This document shows, in pieces, positions 1-7,960 of a stretch of 51,081 nucleotides of DNA. The number at the start of each line of letters is the position of its first letter. Position 1 is the first letter of the stretch. The notes below the pieces were generated by a model. That model was not told the origin of the DNA, made no database searches, and worked only from the letters and a program-made list of their open reading frames with translations. Source of the DNA: a bacterium (GTDB taxonomy: Bacteria; Patescibacteriota; Microgenomatia; Levybacterales; UBA12049); contig JAUYMJ010000011.1 of the NCBI GenBank assembly GCA_030698775.1, positions 1 through 51,081 on the forward strand, given 5' to 3'. The position numbers and the translations under genes are program-made.

Positions 1-152
1 CAAATGCATCAGCAGGGAACTGAACAGTTAATTTTCGCAGCTTCTGGCGTTCCTCGTAGATAAAAAAACCTATCAACACCGAAGAACTTATTTCGTCCCC
101 GAGCGCTCTTACAAGCACAACTTTACATTTATCTTTACAAATATATTTACAA

Positions 153-167
153 TAAATTAGCCTCAAT
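153..167 (+). repeat. copy 1 of recurrent motif: -10-like hexamer (TAAATT) fused to AGCCTCAAT
   Basis: TAGCCTCAAT at 158-167, in the intergenic region upstream of Fic. Confidence 0.5.
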
Positions 168-199
168 GAGAATTTCCAGCCTCGGTGTTTACATATATA

Positions 200-228
200 T
201 TGACAAATAGCTTTACATATGCTAAACT
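200..228 (+). promoter_or_regulatory. sigma70-like promoter for the Fic gene (TTGACA-N17-TAAACT with TG extension)
   Basis: TTGACA at 200-205, a 17-nt spacer, TGcTAAACT with the hexamer at 223-228. The ATG is at 244, so the predicted leader is only about 9 nt with no SD. Confidence 0.5.
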
Positions 229-243
229 AGCCTCATATCTGCT

Positions 244-1302
244 ATGTTTGAGCCTAAATTTACCTTCACCCTCCGTATCATCAACGAGCTCAGTAAGATA
301 GAGCGTCTCTACGGCAAAATGGCCTCAGAGAAGCTCATACCCTCTCTTGCCCTGCAATTAGCCACGGAAAACCAGATCCTGGCCACGCACTACTCAACGA
401 GTATTGAGGGCAACCCGCTCACGCCTCTGGACGTGACCAATATTATCCTTGGTGACCAGGTGGCGACAACCAAGCCTGACAGGGAGGTAAAAAACTATTT
501 CGCCGTCCTCACAAAGCTATTTGACCTTGAGAGACAGCGTGTGCCGATCACAACTGAGCTGACGCGGGATTTGCATAAGCAGCTTATGGAAGGCTTAGAG
601 ACGAAAAACTTAGGGGAATTCCGTGACAGCGGGGTCTTTGTCGGGCATAAAGAGCGAGACCAGCTGGTCATAAAACACAACCCCCCCTTTCATACCCGGC
701 TGGAAATAGAGAAAGCGCTCAACGAGCGGTTTGATTGGGTCATGCAAAATGATGAGATACATCCTATGGTCAAGGCGGGTATCCTGCATCATGAGTTTGT
801 CTACGTCCATCCTTTTTTGGACGGAAACGGACGGCTCGCAAGGCTTTTGACCGCGTATTACCTTCTGCTGAAACAGTATGAAGTTGCACGGTATTTCATC
901 CTCGATGATTATTACGACGTTGACAGGCATCTGTATTCTGATTCTCTTCATACGGCAGACAGCGGGGACGAAACGAGTTGGCTTGAGTATTTCCTGGAAG
1001 GCATTGCGTATTCTCTACAAGCTGCATCCGGCCGTATCGAGATTATGCGGAAAGCAGGCGTTGAGGAAGTCATGGGCGAAAAACGGGTACTGGTAACCCC
1101 TCGTGAAGAACAAGTGTTGGAAATTGTGATCAATAAGAAGGCGATAAAAACCCCGGATATTGAGGGTGCGTTGTCTGTGACGAGGCAACAGGCACATGCA
1201 CTTCTTGCATCACTCGTTGATAAAAAAATCCTGCAAAAACACGGGAGGACTAAGATGAGTTACTATACCCTCGCAAAAAGAGAAAAAAGCCCATCTTCCT
1301 AG
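244..1302 (+). CDS. Fic family protein (AMPylase-type fold) with C-terminal winged-HTH-like tail
   Basis: 352-aa ORF. Fic motif HPFLDGNGRLAR (HxFx[D/E]GNGRxxR). An upstream STSIEG matches the [S/T]xxxE[G/N] inhibitory-helix motif. The C-terminal segment VTRQQAHALLASLVDKKIL looks wHTH-like. Confidence 0.9.
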   Translation: MFEPKFTFTLRIINELSKIERLYGKMASEKLIPSLALQLATENQILATHYSTSIEGNPLTPLDVTNIILGDQVATTKPDREVKNYFAVLTKLFDLERQRVPITTELTRDLHKQLMEGLETKNLGEFRDSGVFVGHKERDQLVIKHNPPFHTRLEIEKALNERFDWVMQNDEIHPMVKAGILHHEFVYVHPFLDGNGRLARLLTAYYLLLKQYEVARYFILDDYYDVDRHLYSDSLHTADSGDETSWLEYFLEGIAYSLQAASGRIEIMRKAGVEEVMGEKRVLVTPREEQVLEIVINKKAIKTPDIEGALSVTRQQAHALLASLVDKKILQKHGRTKMSYYTLAKREKSPSS

Positions 1303-2372
1303 TGGATGTTTTCTCTTCGAATCTGTTGCAGCTCAGAGAGGATAATTTTATTTTGCTCAAGCACTCCGACAACAGTAAACTCGAGATTCATTTTTTTACA
1401 AATCTCCTTAAGAAACGGTGATATTTGGCTCAGTTTGTTACGGGGCGTACTGGGGAAGAGATGGTGTTCTATTTGGTAATTTAGTCCCATATATACAAAA
1501 TCGGTAAGCCAGTTCCCCCTGATATTTCGTGATGTAATGACCTGGTGCTCGAAGAAGGAAAGCTTCACTCCTTTTTCCAATTCAGGCATACCTTTATGGT
1601 TCGGAGCAAAGACGTTCAGAAGATAAAGGCCTTCGGCGAGATGGAAGGTGACGATAATAAGTGTTGCTTTGAGGGGGTCAAAAAGAAAAAACGGCAAAAT
1701 AACAAAGAAGAAGAAACCCAGACAAAATAGAACGATTTCCGGAATAATTGACTTCCCCGAATGTTTCTTAAAACTTACAAAATCATTCATCCGCATACGG
1801 AATGCAACAAGAGACCCGAGCGGAAAATATAAGTATGCCTGGTATTTCCTGATTAGCCGTATGATCCCCCTTCTCCGTTTGTATTGCTCATCAGTGAAAG
1901 AGAAGGGAATTTCTATATCAGGGTCGCCCTCGTCTTGGTTAGGGTGTGCATGGTGCCGATTGTGGTTTGTTCGCCAGTTGGTGTAGCGTTTGCCGATAAA
2001 AGCACTGCAGATATAGCCAAAGAGGTCATTAAATTTCGTTGATGAAAATATCGCACGGTGACCCGCATCATGAAGTAATCCGCCCATCTGGACATTGAAG
2101 AAAGCAAAGAGCATAGACCACCCAACGAGCGGAAGCAGGCGTGTTTCAACGTAGAGAAAATAGAGACAGAGCAAAAAGCCTCCGAACGTAAAAAAGCTTA
2201 TTACCACATAGTATAGATACGATCTTTCCAGGATCCCATTATCCGATACTTTTTTTTTAAGCTTCATGTATGCTTCTGTTCCCGCTCCCACCGAGAGCTT
2301 CTGCATTGAATGGAGAGTAGAGGCTTTTAGCGTTATGGCCATAGTTATCGTATCATTGTACATTTGCGGCAT
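1299..2372 (-). CDS. membrane fatty-acid/acyl-lipid desaturase, front-end-like (QxxHH third His box)
   Basis: His boxes HDAGH, HNRHH and QIEHH, with several hydrophobic segments. The first ATG is at 2372 and the ORF-track start at 2384 is TTG. The stop overlaps the Fic stop in a shared CTAG. Confidence 0.85.
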   Translation of the reverse strand: MPQMYNDTITMAITLKASTLHSMQKLSVGAGTEAYMKLKKKVSDNGILERSYLYYVVISFFTFGGFLLCLYFLYVETRLLPLVGWSMLFAFFNVQMGGLLHDAGHRAIFSSTKFNDLFGYICSAFIGKRYTNWRTNHNRHHAHPNQDEGDPDIEIPFSFTDEQYKRRRGIIRLIRKYQAYLYFPLGSLVAFRMRMNDFVSFKKHSGKSIIPEIVLFCLGFFFFVILPFFLFDPLKATLIIVTFHLAEGLYLLNVFAPNHKGMPELEKGVKLSFFEHQVITSRNIRGNWLTDFVYMGLNYQIEHHLFPSTPRNKLSQISPFLKEICKKMNLEFTVVGVLEQNKIILSELQQIRRENIH

Positions 2373-2429
2373 GCTTTTTTGCAAGCTCTCCGATTGACTT
2401 ACCAGGCGTGAGTTGCAATACTTATACTA

Positions 2430-4016
2430 ATGCCCGAACAACAAAACGAGGAACATCTACCTGTTCAAACGCAATCTCCTCATGTGCAAGTACCAACGCA
2501 AGTGCATCATGTCTTCCTGCCGCTCTTTTTACAAAAACATGTGGTGGTATTGCTTCTTAGTCTCGTTATTGTGAGTGTTCTTGGTACAACAATTCTGGCC
2601 TATCTTTATTTTGCGAACGATGCACAAAAATCCCCGAAAAACGGAGGGCAAGACACAAGGCCTCAGGGGTCAGTGAGCATTTCCGGAACATTTGACATGA
2701 ACGGACAGATCCCGCAAGGTGCAAACGTGACTGTACTTGCCAAAAGGGACGGGGATGATGCTTTTAACTCAGTCATCACGAATGCCTCGCCTGTCGATGG
2801 CGGTGCGTGGGAGTGGGTAGGGGCCAGGGCAAATACACCATATGATATTCAGGCTGTTATCAATGCAGGCGGACAAACGATTGCTACTTCAAATACCATC
2901 ACAGTCGTTGCGCCTGCTGATTCGGAAGTGCTTCGGTTTAATATTGCGTCACAACAAGCAGCAACAACTCCGGTTATGACAACGATATCCGGCACAATCG
3001 GTTTGAATGGGTATGTTCCGCAAGGAGCAACTATTTCTATTTCTGCCGGACAGAACGGTTCACCGCCGGCAGTTGTTATCCCATCGCTTCCCGCAGTTGA
3101 TAATGTCTCCTGGAGTTGGAATGGTGCCACAAGTGGGGTCGTCTATTCCGTGCAGGCGAATATCATCGTCAATGGAAATCTCGTCATCTCGTCACCTCTC
3201 TTAATGATTGCTGCCCCGGCGACAAATGAGATTATCAATATTAACTCAACGCTTACCCCACCTATACCGACATCTGTTCCTATATCCGGATCACTAAATC
3301 TCAACGGATACATTCCTGCGGGAAGCACCGTGAACGTTGCTGCACGTCAGACAGGAACCGGTGCTTTCACCATATTTGCCTCAAACCTTTCGGCAACGGA
3401 CGGCACGACATTCACGTATACGTCTGCTCTCTCCGGGACATCGTATGACCTTCAGGCATATCTTCAAAATAACGGCAGCACACTAAGCTCATCATCTCTT
3501 CTCACGGTTCCCGCTCCCGCAAGCGGTGAGACATTAACAATCAATGCACAGCCTCAACCCGTTGCTCCACCGGCAAATAGTATGACCAATACCTGTCTTT
3601 CAAAAAATCCGTCAACGAATCTTTGGCAGGTACAAATTACGTACAATAATAATAATTCTGTTCCGGGCGTACAGCAGTATCTCCTGACTGTCGGTAACAC
3701 GCAGGGTGGAAATCAGTTTGTGAATAATACTTCCTCCCCTTCAAGCCCACAAAGCCCCAATCAGACCCAGAGCTACACGACAGGGTTTGTATTTACGGAA
3801 GGGCAGACCTACTACGCTTCATGGTCATATGCGACATGCGCCAGCTGCAATACATTTTCTCAGCCCTCACAATCACTGCAGTTTTACTGCACGACACAGG
3901 TTTCTACGAGTACGCCGGTCCCTTCCCTCACCCCGTCCAATACGCCAGTTCCTTCAAATACTCCTGTCCCCACCAATACACCAGTCCCGACAAATACCCC
4001 CGTTCCGACTACGTAA
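2430..4016 (+). CDS. N-terminally membrane-anchored surface protein with three ~90-aa internal repeats and a Pro/Thr-rich tail
   Basis: 528-aa ORF with one N-terminal TM segment (VVVLLLSLVIVSVLGTTILAYLYF). Three repeats begin ISGTFDMNGQIPQGANVTV, ISGTIGLNGYVPQGATISI and ISGSLNLNGYIPAGSTVNV. The tail is TPVPSNTPVPTNTPVPTNTPVPTT. I recognise no catalytic motif. Confidence 0.8.
   Translation: MPEQQNEEHLPVQTQSPHVQVPTQVHHVFLPLFLQKHVVVLLLSLVIVSVLGTTILAYLYFANDAQKSPKNGGQDTRPQGSVSISGTFDMNGQIPQGANVTVLAKRDGDDAFNSVITNASPVDGGAWEWVGARANTPYDIQAVINAGGQTIATSNTITVVAPADSEVLRFNIASQQAATTPVMTTISGTIGLNGYVPQGATISISAGQNGSPPAVVIPSLPAVDNVSWSWNGATSGVVYSVQANIIVNGNLVISSPLLMIAAPATNEIININSTLTPPIPTSVPISGSLNLNGYIPAGSTVNVAARQTGTGAFTIFASNLSATDGTTFTYTSALSGTSYDLQAYLQNNGSTLSSSSLLTVPAPASGETLTINAQPQPVAPPANSMTNTCLSKNPSTNLWQVQITYNNNNSVPGVQQYLLTVGNTQGGNQFVNNTSSPSSPQSPNQTQSYTTGFVFTEGQTYYASWSYATCASCNTFSQPSQSLQFYCTTQVSTSTPVPSLTPSNTPVPSNTPVPTNTPVPTNTPVPTT
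2670..3542 (+). repeat. three tandem ~90-aa domain repeats (diverged, protein level) within the surface protein
   Basis: Repeat starts share ISG(T/S)xxxNGxIPxGxxVxV, and repeat ends share the pattern L(T/R)(I/F)N. Boundaries are approximate. Confidence 0.7.
3909..4013 (+). repeat. imperfect 15-nt tandem repeat encoding (S/T)NTPVP units
   Basis: Reiterated aatac(n)cc(n)gt(n)cc(n) units with synonymous variation at the 3' end of the CDS. Confidence 0.8.
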
Positions 4017-4115
4017 GATAAAGGGTGAGTAATCTTATATAATTATCCTGGAATGTTTTTACATCTTTTACCTCTGAAAACCGTAAATGACCTGACGATA
4101 TGGAGGAGAAAATAA

Positions 4116-4700
4116 ATGCCGCGGCGTATGCAAAAGTCCCTCATAGCGCTAGGTATTACGTTTCTCATCAGCATCCTCTTGTATTCAAAGGACACGTTGA
4201 CGGAATATTTTCCAGAACTCAAGATACTTGATCAGCTGGTTACTGCGCCTGTCGCTAGAGATGTAAAGGGCGACGCGACCGGAAGCAACGTTGTCAGAGT
4301 GGTTGATGGAGATACGATTGTCGTGAAAATCGAGGGGCATGACGAGAAGGTGAGATTGATCGGAATCAATTCCCCGGAAACCGTTGACCCGAGAAAGCCT
4401 GTTGAATGTTTCGGAAAAGAAGCGAAAGAGCATCTTCAACGGCTTCTGAGCGGAGCGAACGTACGGCTTGAAGACGATCCTTCCCAGCAAGACAAAGACA
4501 AATACAACAGGTTTCTTCGCTACATTTTTCTCAGCGATGGAACGTTCGTAAATCTGCTTATGGTAGGGGATGGATATGCTTATGAATATACATACGAAGT
4601 CCCTTATAAGTACCAACAAACATTTAAGGACGCCCAGCAAAAAGCGACGGAGCAAGGAATGGGACTTTGGAATAAGAAAACGTGTAACGGGGAAAAGTGA
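4116..4700 (+). CDS. thermonuclease (staphylococcal nuclease, SNase family), membrane-anchored/secreted
   Basis: An N-terminal TM segment, then VVRVVDGDTIVV...VRLIGINSPET...CFGKEAKEHL...DKYNRFLRYIF...GYAYEY, typical of SNase. SD GGAGGAG lies upstream. Confidence 0.9.
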   Translation: MPRRMQKSLIALGITFLISILLYSKDTLTEYFPELKILDQLVTAPVARDVKGDATGSNVVRVVDGDTIVVKIEGHDEKVRLIGINSPETVDPRKPVECFGKEAKEHLQRLLSGANVRLEDDPSQQDKDKYNRFLRYIFLSDGTFVNLLMVGDGYAYEYTYEVPYKYQQTFKDAQQKATEQGMGLWNKKTCNGEK

Positions 4701-4703
4701 CGG

Positions 4704-5246
4704 TTATTTTTGGGAAGGTACTTTGGGGGGGATGTTGGTTTGGTTGACGCGGGGAGATTTTTCGACAGCTGAGAGCTTTTGTTGAATAAAATCCATCGCC
4801 TTTTTTATATCGTCCAAATCTTTCTGGATGTCCTCAACCTCTTCTTCTAATTCTTCCTGTTCGATCTCTTCTTCTCTTTGCTCCTGATCTTCTTCAAGTT
4901 CGCGATATGTTTCAACAAGCGCCTGGCGGTTTTGGGAAATCATGATGAAGGTTGCGAGGAAAATCGCTTCCAGTGATACAACCATTGTCAGAAGACCATA
5001 CGGGAAAGGGTCAAATATCGGGATAAACGGGCGCAGTGCACCGTCGTTTGCAAAAATCCAGAACCCAAACCAGAGAACGTGGAAGTATACAAAATACATG
5101 CTTCCTGAAAAGAAAGTGATATAGTCTGCGAGCCTTCCTTCAACCGAGTGGAGTTTTTTTATGAGGTGATCGGGTCGCTGATTATGTGGAAGTGTCGTCC
5201 CGGAGGGATTTTTCAATTTAAACATACATTCATTGTAGAAGCTCAA
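4704..5246 (-). CDS. DUF1003 family membrane protein with acidic coiled-coil C-terminus
   Basis: RLADYITFFSGSMYFVYFHVLWFGFWIFAN...PFPYGLLTMVVSLEAIFLATFIMISQNRQA resembles the DUF1003 core. The tail is E/D-rich. Confidence 0.7.
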   Translation of the reverse strand: MSFYNECMFKLKNPSGTTLPHNQRPDHLIKKLHSVEGRLADYITFFSGSMYFVYFHVLWFGFWIFANDGALRPFIPIFDPFPYGLLTMVVSLEAIFLATFIMISQNRQALVETYRELEEDQEQREEEIEQEELEEEVEDIQKDLDDIKKAMDFIQQKLSAVEKSPRVNQTNIPPKVPSQK

Positions 5247-5396
5247 AGGTATTTGTCAACCCTTGGAAACTAATGAGAGGAGAAGTTTTTGGAATGAAAA
5301 AGAGAAAAAGTTTGCGATAGAGACCACATTCTTTGTAGGTGTTTGAGAAAATTACCTTGACATATCATCATATGGGTGTTTAAATACAGGGGATAC

Positions 5397-5430
5397 TTGA
5401 CAACTAGCAGTACCTATGATAGAGTGCTAA
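5397..5430 (+). promoter_or_regulatory. lon promoter (TTGACA-N17-TAGAGT) overlapped by a CIRCE-like inverted repeat
   Basis: TTGACA at 5397-5402 and TAGAGT at 5420-5425. CTAGCAGTA-N9-GAGTGCTAA (5404-5430) compared with CIRCE TTAGCACTC-N9-GAGTGCTAA gives a right arm of 9/9, a left arm of 6/9 and exact N9 spacing. Confidence 0.5.
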
Positions 5431-5436
5431 TACATC

Positions 5437-7866
5437 ATGCAGGACAGTAAAAACAAACAGCCACACGTAACCTCAGAAGAAAAACTCGTCCCGGTTATCC
5501 CAATTCGCGACGGTATCATCTTTCCAAGCACCGACTCAGTCCTCACTTTCGGCAGACCAAAAAGCCTCGCTGCTCTTGAATCATCATTTCAACATGAAAG
5601 AATTGTGTGTTTTGTTTTGCAAAAAAATGCCAGACTCAATGACCCAAATGTTGAAGACCTCTATGAGATTGGGACGCTTTCAAGGATTGAAAGAATGATT
5701 CGGGCAGATGGAGAAATAAACGCACAAGTGAGAGGCCTTTCACGGGTGAAGATTTTGTCTTTTGAGAAACACGAGACATTTTTTATGGCACGTGTTGTCG
5801 AGATTCCTGATGTCATTACGGTTACCGAAGAAATCAAAGCCCTGTGTAACCACCTTACCAATGAGTTCCGCCGGGCGATGAATTTTGGGAAGTCGGCTGA
5901 TTTTCTCGTCTTCATGAATATCATGTCGTCTGAAAATACACCTGCTGAGCTTTCAGACCTCATCGCATCCGCCCTTGACCTTCGTCCCAGCGAGCGGCAG
6001 GAACTTTTGGAGATGTCAGACGTAAAACAGCGATTGCAGAAATTAACCGATCTCCTTGCGAAAGAAATTAAGGTGTTGGAGCTTGAACGAAGGATAGCCA
6101 GTAAGACACAGGAAAGATTTGAGAAAGGGGCTAGGGAGGCGATGCTTCGTGAGAGACTCAAAACGATTGAGAAAGAGCTTGGCGACGAAGAGGGCTCTGA
6201 GATAAAAGAGCTCATGCTGAAACTCAAAGAGGCAAAAATGCCGGAGGATATAGAGGAAAAGGTAAAAAAAGAGATCAAGAAACTCGGCAGCATGAACCAA
6301 TTCAATCCGGAGGCAGGATATATCCGGAACTATGTCGACTGGATGCTCTCTCTCCCTTGGAGTATTGAAAGCAAAAGCACTGTCGATATCAAAACAGCAG
6401 AGCGGATCCTCAATGAGGATCATTACGGGCTTGAAAAAGTAAAAGAGCGGATTGTCGAGTACCTCGCAGTACATAAACTCGCAGGGAAGATAAAAGGGCC
6501 GATTCTGTGCTTTGTCGGACCGCCGGGGGTAGGAAAAACCTCGCTTGGAAAATCTATCGCAAGGGCACTTGGAAGGAAGTTTGTGAGAGTATCCTTGGGA
6601 GGAATCCGTGACGAAGCAGAGATCAGGGGCCATCGAAGGACATATGTCGGTGCATTGCCGGGGCGTATCATTCAGGGGATTAAAGATTCCGGGACGAGAA
6701 ATCCGGTCTTTATGCTTGATGAGATTGACAAAGTCGGAGCTGATTTCCGGGGAGACCCATCATCGGCTCTTCTTGAAGCTTTGGATCCAGAGCAGAATAC
6801 TGAGTTCTCAGACCATTATTTAGAAGTAGCCTTTGATCTCTCAGATGTGCTTTTTGTGACGACTGCGAATGTGCTTGATACGATCCCTCCGGCACTACGT
6901 GACAGATTGGAAATCATTCAGTTTGCAGGATATACGCATCATGAGAAATTTCACATTGCCAAGAGTTTCCTCATGAAAAAGCAGCTTGAAAGCCATGGGC
7001 TCAATGATGCTCAGTTAAAGATCTCAGATGATGCGCTTCATTTTATCATCAGCCATTACACAAGAGAGGCGGGCGTACGAAATTTTGAACGGAAAATAGC
7101 AGCGATCATGCGAAAAATTGCCAAAAAGGTTGCAGAAGGAAAAACTGCGAAGAGCCTGATTGACGAGAAGGCAGTGACAAAGTATCTTGGTCCGATCAAA
7201 TTCAGGGGGACAATGGTTGAGAAGCAAAACGAAGTCGGGATGTCGACAGGGCTTGCCTGGACGGAAGCGGGAGGGGATATCCTCTTTATCGAGGTTGCGC
7301 TTATGCCGGGACGGGGAAATCTCACGCTGACCGGGCAGCTAGGGGATGTGATGAAAGAATCGGCACAAGCGGCAATGTCGTATATCAGGGCACGGGCTGA
7401 AAAATTTGGACTGTCTGAGAAGTTTTATCAAAAACTGGATGTCCATATCCATGTGCCGGAAGGCGCAGTACCAAAAGACGGCCCATCTGCAGGCTCTGCA
7501 ATTACGACGGCTATCGTCTCGGCGCTCACAAAAATTCCTGTCAAACGGACAGTGGGAATGACGGGTGAGGCGACACTTCGGGGAAGGGTTCTCGAAATCG
7601 GAGGCGTGAAAGAAAAAGTTATTGCAGCCCACAGGGCAGGACTCAAGACGATTATTTTACCCAAAGACAATAAAAAAGATTTGGAGGATGTGCCAAAAGA
7701 AGTGCTCAAGGACCTCTCATTCCACTATGTCGAGCACATGGACGAGGTTTTGCCGGTTGCACTTGCGAAGCCTTTGCCTGGAGCAAAAGTTGTCAGAAAA
7801 GAACATGAGACTATCCTCCGGTCCCGTCCCATCATGCGGACGACACAGCCATATCCGGCTGACTAA
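5437..7866 (+). CDS. lon: ATP-dependent Lon protease (LonA)
   Basis: 809 aa with a LonA N-domain, Walker A GPPGVGKTS, a coiled-coil insert, and the protease motif PKDGPSAGSAITTA containing the catalytic Ser. Confidence 0.97.
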   Translation: MQDSKNKQPHVTSEEKLVPVIPIRDGIIFPSTDSVLTFGRPKSLAALESSFQHERIVCFVLQKNARLNDPNVEDLYEIGTLSRIERMIRADGEINAQVRGLSRVKILSFEKHETFFMARVVEIPDVITVTEEIKALCNHLTNEFRRAMNFGKSADFLVFMNIMSSENTPAELSDLIASALDLRPSERQELLEMSDVKQRLQKLTDLLAKEIKVLELERRIASKTQERFEKGAREAMLRERLKTIEKELGDEEGSEIKELMLKLKEAKMPEDIEEKVKKEIKKLGSMNQFNPEAGYIRNYVDWMLSLPWSIESKSTVDIKTAERILNEDHYGLEKVKERIVEYLAVHKLAGKIKGPILCFVGPPGVGKTSLGKSIARALGRKFVRVSLGGIRDEAEIRGHRRTYVGALPGRIIQGIKDSGTRNPVFMLDEIDKVGADFRGDPSSALLEALDPEQNTEFSDHYLEVAFDLSDVLFVTTANVLDTIPPALRDRLEIIQFAGYTHHEKFHIAKSFLMKKQLESHGLNDAQLKISDDALHFIISHYTREAGVRNFERKIAAIMRKIAKKVAEGKTAKSLIDEKAVTKYLGPIKFRGTMVEKQNEVGMSTGLAWTEAGGDILFIEVALMPGRGNLTLTGQLGDVMKESAQAAMSYIRARAEKFGLSEKFYQKLDVHIHVPEGAVPKDGPSAGSAITTAIVSALTKIPVKRTVGMTGEATLRGRVLEIGGVKEKVIAAHRAGLKTIILPKDNKKDLEDVPKEVLKDLSFHYVEHMDEVLPVALAKPLPGAKVVRKEHETILRSRPIMRTTQPYPAD

Positions 7867-7921
7867 TTTTTCATTTATCTACTCCCAACAGTGTACGTCC
7901 CAAAAAGAAAGTATATTCATT

Positions 7922-7930
7922 TGTTATACT
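7922..7930 (+). promoter_or_regulatory. extended -10 element (TGtTATACT) upstream of the first glycosylation-locus gene
   Basis: TG at 7922-7923 and TATACT at 7925-7930, 31 nt upstream of the ATG at 7961. There is no clear -35. Confidence 0.4.
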
Positions 7931-7960
7931 ATTTTTGTGGCTTGTGATTAGCTACAAAAT

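Noticed and set aside
1-63. Open frame running off the 5' edge (QMHQQGTEQLIFAASGVPRR*), possibly the end of an upstream gene.
   Set aside because: Twenty residues carry no recognisable motif, so I cannot support a feature.
3909-4013. Possible CRISPR-like or other non-coding repeat array.
   Set aside because: The 15-nt periodicity lies in frame within a long CDS and encodes NTPVP units. There is no repeat-spacer structure anywhere in the window.
5294-5320. Mini-ORF MKKRKSLR preceded by GAGAGGAG in the DUF1003/lon divergent region.
   Set aside because: It is only 8 codons long and I cannot assess its conservation. It could be chance in an A-rich spacer.
5661-6633. Long antisense ORFs inside lon (5661..6305 at 214 aa and 6043..6633 at 196 aa). 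Similar shadow ORFs lie inside the nuclease (4185..4655), the GT2 at 25711 (25830..26342), the YfhO, GT39 and flippase genes (e.g. 35685..36065, 36087..36539), and elsewhere.
   Set aside because: Each lies fully within a CDS on the opposite strand or in another frame that has strong family motifs. Their translations are low-complexity (S/F/L/R-rich) with no recognisable motif, so they are shadow ORFs.
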